Assembly (NCBI GenBank): GCA_964218365.1 | Contig: CAXPMI010000009.1 | Coordinates: forward strand, 3,632-67,631 | Direction of reading: 5' to 3' | Length of the DNA: 64,000 bases | From: Candidatus Poseidoniaceae archaeon | Lineage (GTDB): Archaea; Thermoplasmatota; Poseidoniia; Poseidoniales; Poseidoniaceae | Shown: positions 10,301-19,300 of the stretch, piece after piece | How positions within the stretch are numbered: position 1 is the stretch's first letter | Layout: every line of letters begins with the position of its first letter | The notes under the pieces: generated by a model | Told to the model about the DNA's origin: nothing | Databases searched by the model: none | The model's input: the letters and a program-made list of their open reading frames with translations, nothing else | Position numbers and translations under genes: made by a program

Positions 10301-13300
10301 TAGCAAAGCAGCAACTGGTACAAACACAAACACTACCACTACTACCTCTTTTGAAGTTGGAGATCCAAACAAGGTGTTTGTAGTCGAATGGCACGACATG
10401 GGATACTCAGGTACAACAAACCTATGTACATTCCAAGCGTTGTTCTATGACGTAACCAACGAAATAGAGTTCCATTACGACACTGCTTGTAAGGCATCTT
10501 ACGACTACTCTACAGTAGGCTACCAAGACCAAACAAGAACCAAGGGTGCTACCGTAAGGGGTGGCCAAGGATACGTGAACGGCGCTAATCCGCATACTAA
10601 TAACTACAGAATCGGAACTGACAGCAGTGGCCACTCATACGAGACTTTCGACTTAGGATTGAAGGAATTGCCAAGTTGGGATACTGCAATCGCTGGTTCT
10701 TCTAACGGATATCCATACGGATGGTACTGTGTATCTAGCTGGTACTGGAACTCCTACAAGTCCGGATGTAATGCTAACATCGACATGCCTGATGGATTCA
10801 GTTTCGAATACTTCGGAACCGAGTACAATGGTTCTGATTCCAAGAACAGAGTCCACCTCGGTAGAATGGGTAACATGTACTTCAAGGCTGATGGTTCAAC
10901 CGCTCTAGAGCGATCTCAGACCTCTTGGGGATCTAACTGGCCTCAACTACCATATGCGGCAAGCACATACAGCAGGCCTGGTACAATTGCTCCATGGTGG
11001 GGTTACTACACAAGCTACTACTGCTATGACAACAGCGCAGCAGATTGTTCAGTTAGAACTCGTGTGATACCATTCGAAGGAAAGGGTACAGACGTATCTG
11101 CGGACATTGTAAACCCGACAACATGGTCACTTGTTGACTCTCCAATTAGAATTAACCCAAGTTCTGCAAGTGGTTATCTATCCATTGGAGATGACTTGAC
11201 TATTGAGCCAGGTGTCGTAATTCAGGTGCAATCCGGAAAGGGACTATCCTTTGATGGTGCATGTAATTCGTTCAACGCTACAGGTAACGCATCTCACCCA
11301 ATCCTATTCGAGGGAGCAGGTGGAGCAGAGTGGAAGGGACTAGCCTTCACTGCAGCATGTAGCACTGGAACTGATGACCGCCACAAATTGTCTTACGTAG
11401 ATTTCGCTAACACAAGCGATGCAGCAATTTCAGCAGGAAGCAGACACGGATCTGCACCTTCTAGCAGCGCAAACGTAGGAAACTTCACGATGGACCACGT
11501 TACGTTCACTAACGTCGGTACAGCGTTCAAGCACGGCTCTGGTCAAGGCACTGTAATGTCTATGACAGACTTCGAAATCAACGATGCATCTGATGCATGT
11601 TTCGACCTTGCTGAAGATTCCAACGTGACTCTACGTGATGGAGAAATGACCGATTGTAACTCCGGAGGAAACTCTTGGGGTGGCGCAGTCATCAACTATC
11701 CAGGAAGCACAAGTGGTGCATTGACCATCGAAAACGTCGATATTGAAGACTCTCTAGTCAACCTAATCGATGTAGACTTCGAAGATGTATGGATTCAAAA
11801 CCTAACAGCAACAACTGCATCTACTCAAACTGGTGCGGCTCTTAACGCTGAAGGATTAGGCCTTGATTCAACCATTTGGATATACAACATGGATGCTGAC
11901 GGATACAGCAGCGCTAACATTTACTCCCTAGAGTCAATCGCTCTAGAAGATGTGGACTTCGGAGACGCTACCGTTGCAATCGCACCGGGCGGTACAACAT
12001 CGAGCGCACCAGGTCCATACGTTGGCGGAAGTAACCCAGCAATGATGGATAACTTCACATCCGGTGACCTATCTATGGCTAGAACAGCACCGTCAATGCA
12101 CGACATCACAGTCGGAGCCTTGTCAATCGTTGGTAACTCGCCAAGTACAAACGGAATACTAGGTACAAACTGGGACACAGAAGGAATCTCCATCTCTGGT
12201 TGTGGTTACAACTTAGTGATTGAAACAGTAATCAGCGATTACATCGCAGCTTCCTGTTCCAACTCCGCTGCACCAAACAACCTAATCATGGAAGATGTTG
12301 ATGCCACATACACTGGTACAATGAACGCAGTCTACGCAAGAAACTCTGCGATTGCAATCGGTGATGGAAGCATTTCGATGCCTTCTTCATACGATAAGAT
12401 GTCCAAGGCTTCTACAAATGGTAGAATCGTACTGATTGATGTAGACCAAGATGGAACAGATTGTAACAGCGCAAGCGATTGTGATGTTTCATCCAGTTCT
12501 TCTGGTGCTATTTACTTCGGTAGCCTTGCAACTGTGAAGGTATACAAGTTACTAGACGATGGTACAAAGGACTGGAAGCAAGACCACACAGTTCAAGCAA
12601 CAGTCATAGATGGTGGTTCACCACTATTTACCGTCGGTACTCACAAGACAGACGCTAACGGAGAAACTTCAGTTTGGGTACTTTCCGAAAACGATGCAGG
12701 TGATACATATTCTGATCACAACTTGGTCGCTTTCGGTCCATCCGGACAGAATGAAACTATGTACACAGATTCATGGTACCCAACCGGTGGATTTGGTGTA
12801 GGTGACTCAATTGAATTGAGACTTGAGCCTACTCCTGTCACACTGAACGGAACCAACATGGATTGTGCATATCTATTGGGTAACCCTGAAGCAGCCCTTG
12901 GATACGATGGCTCAGTTGGTTCAGGTGGTACTAACACCTTCACATGGGAAGGAAAGGTCACAATGACTGGGGATCTAAACATCGATGATTGTAACGTCGT
13001 AATGCGCAACGTATTCACCGTTGCATCCGATGCTACAAACAGTCCAAAGTTGACCATTTCAACTGGCGGTATGCTAACTCTAGAGAAGATTCCAACTTCC
13101 ACAGGAGCTCTAAGAGCATCTTCTAGCACCTACCCGCTAGACCTAGATATGGATGGCGGAACACTCAACCTAGTTGGCGGTACCATGTCTGACATTGACG
13201 GTGGAATCAACTTGGATTCAGGTGTCATGAAGGTAAACGAATCTTCTATCATCTACGGTAATGCAAACGCTGGCGCAACTGTCGCAACACTACGCGTCAA

Positions 13301-16300
13301 CGGTGGTACTCTAGATTGGGATGACTCTACTATCCAGAACAACGGTCAAACAGGTATCGGTATAATGTTTGATGGAACATCGGCAAATGTCGACAACATC
13401 ATCGTCAAGAACGCTGCTGTTGGTATGTATTCAATGAATTCCGCACCAAAAGTCAACGGATTTACTCTGAACGACAACGATGTAGGATTGGATGTATACG
13501 GTGGAATGAGCTTGCCAACACTGTACAGAAGTACTCTATTGTCTGGACAAAGCAACGGTTGGACTACTCACGCTATCGACATGAGTGGATTCCTTGGTGA
13601 AGAATATGTCCAAATCGGATACAACTCTGTATACGGTGGAGGTAACGCACACCCAACATACAACTGGGCATCTGCAAGATACTACATGATCACTGATAGA
13701 ATGAATATTCAATTAACTGACAATAATGGAAACTCCTGGAACATCACTAGTACATCTGATGACGGATACTACAATGGTGCAATGGGAGGAGACTCCGGTA
13801 TCCCATCTTGGGACTGTCAACAGTATGGTTACAGTTACAACCCAGCACGCTGGGACTACAACTATAGAGCACCAACAGGATGGGATTGGGTTGAAACAGA
13901 CAACTCGCCTGTACAATACTACCCAATGCACTACTGGGGTTACTACAGTCCATCATGGTCATGGGGTAACTATGCTCCTCCTGAAGGATTGAGTGGATAC
14001 TACAATGTCTGTCTAGACTATGCATCTGCATACAGCAACAGACCTGGTGACTCGGTAAGGCTAACTATGCCTGTTGTCGACCTGAGCGGTATGAACAACA
14101 TTACTGGAATGAAGGTATACATTGATGTGTTCCACAACCGTGCTGACAACTATCAAGACAGACTTGAGTTCGTTGCAAGATCTGGTGACGACCCAGCAGA
14201 CTTAGGAGACTACGTAAGAGAATCTGGTACGCCACTGTTCTCAACCGGTACAATTACTGGTGCAGACACTGGTGTTGAACTCGGCGGCAACTATGCAGCA
14301 GCTGAATTCGTTGATATCACTGTTACATCACCTAACGATGCAGGATTCGAAGTTGTAGGAACAACAACATCTACAGTTGATGGGTTAGAAGTTACTGGTG
14401 GTCCTTACGGTATACTAGTAAGCTCTGGAGCGGCTGGTTCAGTTGATTTCACTAACGTGGATATTTCAGGCACCTCCAACTCTGGAGTATACTACAGCAA
14501 AGACCTGAAGGGCGCCTTAACTGGAACTATCGGTACATCCGCTGGACCGGGTATTAAGTTCGGCCCTGCTACTTCAAGTGACATATCATGGGAATCCATG
14601 GACTTGTCAACGAACGCAGTGGGTGTAGAAACCGCAGGTAGCGGTATCCTAACCTTCGTAGACAGCGACTTTGCAAACACAAAGGATGCAGTAATCAGTG
14701 GTTCAGGTACCATCGACTTCATTGAAGGTACCGTTGACGCAACAACTGTAGAAGTTACAGGCGCAGGTGTCTTTAACAGACTAAGATCGTTAGATGTTAC
14801 AGTTACAGCAGATACAAATGCTGTTACAGGAACCAACGTCCTTCTAAAGGACGGAAACGGTAATCCAACAGGATCTGCAATCACTGACAATAGCGGTATC
14901 GCATCAGGATTAACGTTCCCAACAGAGACCGTAACTTCCTCAGGTTTGAATGTAGAATCACTTACTGGATACCAAGCAGTAACAGTCGCAAAGGTTGGTG
15001 CATACAGCTACACTAGCCCAACTGTAAACTCTGCTGACTTCAGATATGCTCTAGAAAACCTAAGCCTGAACGATGCACCAGGAAACGCTCACAGCCTAGC
15101 GCTTGTTGAAACAGTCGATGCTCGTGTATGTTACCCATACACCATCTCTGGTTACCCAGCAATTTCCAACTGTCCAGGTCTCTCAACCTCTGGTTCGAGA
15201 ACCTACAGTTCTGGAATGAAGGAGTATGGATACTACCGTGCATTGGATACTAACATGGCTAACAAGGTAGTAATGATGGATTTCGGTTTAGTATACTTGA
15301 CTGGTAATACAGACTTCAGCTTCAACGGAAGTACTGTCCTTGTTACAGGGTCATACTCATACGATGACGCTGCTAGAATCTATGGAAGTTCTCCATACAA
15401 CACACGAATGTATGCGCACAACTCCGAATGGATATCGATTGCAGTCGATGACGAGGGTAATGCACAAGGATATCAACTGGGATACACTGGTAGAAACTAC
15501 CTTGTTCCTGATATTCAGAATTCCACACTGTCTGGACTATCTAGTATTTCGACCAACTATGGTCCTAAGTACGCATGGTCTAATTTCTACCAGTGGAAGG
15601 CTGACTTCTTCAACGTTCAGAACAACACAATCACTCACTTCAGAGATTCTGATACCACAAACGGTGTATACTACCAAGATATGTGTATGAACACAGGTGT
15701 CAAGAACACTGTAATCATGAACAATCATGTTAGCAACTGTGCAGTCGGTGTGTTCTTCCAGAGAACAGTTTACTCCTACTACCACGCACAATCTGAGTGG
15801 GGTGCTGACGGTGCAATCGTTGAAGGAAACACTTTCCACGATTCAGAGTACCTAGATGTATGGTTCTACCTGAACGCTTATGCTGACAACGTAACAGTCA
15901 GAGACAACGAGTTCACAGGAAGTTCCGCTCCAGGATACAACGTTTACACCCAAGATCGCACAACAATTGGTCTAGTGATTGACGAGAACACATTCTCTAA
16001 CGGTCAAGAACCAATTTACATGCGTGGTGGACTCGACTGGGAAATCACAGACAACACAATCTATGGTGACGGTGATGCATCGCACGTTGGTATCGCAGCA
16101 AGAAACGGCTACGGTATCATTGATGGAAACACTCTAATCGATGCAGATGGTGGTATTCTTGTTGATGGAATTACAGCTAACCAAGTTGTAAACATCACAA
16201 ACAACGATATCTCACAGAGCACAGGTAGAAGCGCACCTTCCGCAGTCGGTATTTGGGCTGAGGATTGTGCTTCTTCAATCATCAACACTGGTGGAAACAC

Positions 16301-19300
16301 AGTCAGTGTGATGGAGAACGCTTTGGTAACCGATGGTTGTGACATCGATGATTCAGGTTCTACCTTCACAGCGATTGGAGGAGCAGGTGGTACAGTATAC
16401 GGAGTACAGATTCTGTCTTACTCTTACTCACCACAGAACCTAACCATCAACGAAGGTGACTCAGTCCGTTGGAGATCTGTAGAATACTACAACAACAGCG
16501 GTACATGGGAACAGCACGACATTGTTGCAAACGACTCCACATGGGGCAGTGGCACAACAATGAACTTAGGTCAGACCTATGTCAAGACCTTCAGCACTGC
16601 TGGAACCTACGAGTACCACTGCAGTATTCACCCAGATATGACTGGAAAGATTACAGTTGTCTCCGGACAAGGTAGCGGATTCTCATCTACTGGTGTAAAT
16701 ATTATCGGAACAACCGATGAAATCACACTAGATGGTACATCGGTATCTGGATTCGAGACAGCAGTTGAGCAGTATGGTGGAGAACTAACACTATCTGGCG
16801 ACGCAATCGTTTCTGGTGGAGACTACGGTGTGTACGTCGAAGACACAGACCTGATTGTTGACGGTGCAAGAATTTCTGGTGACTCCGCTGGAACTGGTGT
16901 CTACGTGACAGGTGCTTCTACATTCGACGCGACTGACATGGACACATACGGTCTAGTTGGACTAGAAATCGATGCAGTCGACTTCCGCTGGAACGGTGGA
17001 GACTCTGGTGCCACAACAGCTCTAATGGCTGACGGAGGCGCAGAAGGATCTGTAGAGAACGTAACATGGGCTGATGTAACCACACAGATTGATGCTGGTT
17101 CATACGTGACAGTAACATCTGTTGGTAACTCAATCGATGCGTCCAAGTTGGTCCTTGACTCAACTGCAGTCATCCATGAAGGTAACTTGCTGAACTTGAA
17201 CATCACCCACAAGGGTGGCGATGCAACAGATGTCGGACTTCTAATCAAGTCCACTGACGGTGAGCAAGCAGCATACGTATCTCCAGGATACCGCACATCT
17301 TTCATCAACATCGATGGTGACCTCGAAGAGTGGTATGGTAACGTAAAGAACCCATCAGATGACGCAATGCCTGGTGTATTGTCTAGCGACAACGCTGGCG
17401 AGGACTTCCTTGCTACATGGGACGCTAACAACCTATACCTTGCTCTAACCGGAGTTGACATGGGTGCTGCTGACCTGCAGATTTACATCGATTCTAGCTC
17501 AGGTGGAGACACAACTGGACAAAGCTGGTATGTATCTCACGCTCTGCCATTCGCAGCAGACTATGTCTTCTGGGCAGAAGATGGTGCAAGCGGTAACTCC
17601 GGTCTGAAGGTCAATGGATTCAGCGGATGGTCCGATGTATCCTGTAGCAACCTTGCTACATACATCGGTCACTCTGGTGATACTGACACTGAACTAACAA
17701 TCCCATGGGATTGTATCGGACAGCCTGACAGCACTGTCAGACTAATCGTAGTTGTTCAAGATGAATCAACTGGTGCAGTATCCTCTGTACACCCATCACA
17801 AACAATTGCAACCGGTGCAGTAGGTCAGACCTTCAGCGATGAAATCACTCTGCTAATGGGTCACAGCGACCTAGACACAGGTGCGGATCTGAAGAACCAC
17901 CTGCTAATCTACCGCAGCTACGTTGGTTCTAACACACCAACTGATGCAAAGACATACGACATCTCCGCAAAGGTAGATGCTGTATGCGCTGAAGACTGGG
18001 GTACTCTGAACAATGTTGACATGAGCACAAACGTCGATGAAGAGATCGACATCAAGAGAGCATGTCCAGAAATTCAGAACTTGGTTGACATCACTGTTAA
18101 CGAAGACAGTGGTGCATACACCCTGACTCTAACTGACAAGGCAGACGATGTGCAAGATGATGAGAGCACTCTAACATGGACTGTAGCAGATGATGCAGAC
18201 CCATCAAAGAGCCCGAGCATGCTACTAGACAGTGGACTATCAGGTCAGACAATGACCATGACCCCTGACCACGACCAGTTCGGAACTTACACCTTCCACT
18301 TCGGTGTTGAAGACAGCCACGGATTGACAGACAGTGCAACCATTGTCTTCACTGTAATCAACGTCAACGACGCACCAATAATCTGTAACCAAGAGAGAGC
18401 AGATTGTATGCCTGTGTTCGCTGATGACGGTGCAGGTAACCTGAACGTTCTAGACGAAGGATTCGGAAGTGTCAGCAAGGTCCTAGGATCTGCCGCAAAC
18501 GCAACTGGTTCCTATGTAATCGATATGGCAAGCGATGACATGGCTAACGAGCAACCTCAGCAATACACATGGGGTGCTTCAATCAAGTCAGAAAACGTCA
18601 CAGTTGAGCCATACTGGGTACAGAAGAAGTTCAGCAGTGTTGCTGCACTATTCTCTGAAGCAGGTGCTGCAGTTACAGCAAACGGTGGATTCCAAGACAT
18701 CCCAATGACCGGTGACCCAGCAGCATGGTCTGCTGCTAACGCAAACGGTTCGTACACACTACCAACATTGAACGATGTTGCACTGTTGACTTACCTACTA
18801 GCTCAGAATGGTTGTGGAACAGTTTGGTACCAAGAGTACATGGATTCCGGCGGTAACAAGGTTACAGCGGTTCGCTCAGACGACGGCTGTGACAGTACAA
18901 TCGATGCTAACGCAGTTGTATACAACTCAATGAACTACACAGACTTCTGGAGTGTAGCATACGGAGTTGACGTCACATCCTTCGACACAACATGGGACGA
19001 GATCTTCCCGAACGGTTACACAACTACCGGTGGATACGACCCATGTCCTGCATACTCTGTATCTGTTGTCAACAATGAATTGACAATCACAGAGAACCAG
19101 GCTAACGAACTCGGTGGAGAATGTACAATCATTCTAACTCTGAATGACGACGGTGGATACTGTCAGAACACCTACCTAGGACGCACATCTGCATCAAAGG
19201 CTGCTTGTGTCTCCTACACATGGTTGATCGACTATGATATCACACACCCAGTATACGGTCCAATGACTGTTACAGGTTGTTACAACCTATACCTAGGACT

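Noticed and set aside
16901-17461. A 186-aa minus-strand ORF and many other 60-165-aa ORFs inside 7224-21248, on both strands
   Set aside because: All are nested within the continuous 4,674-codon frame, which carries recognisable domains. None has an independent motif or start context.
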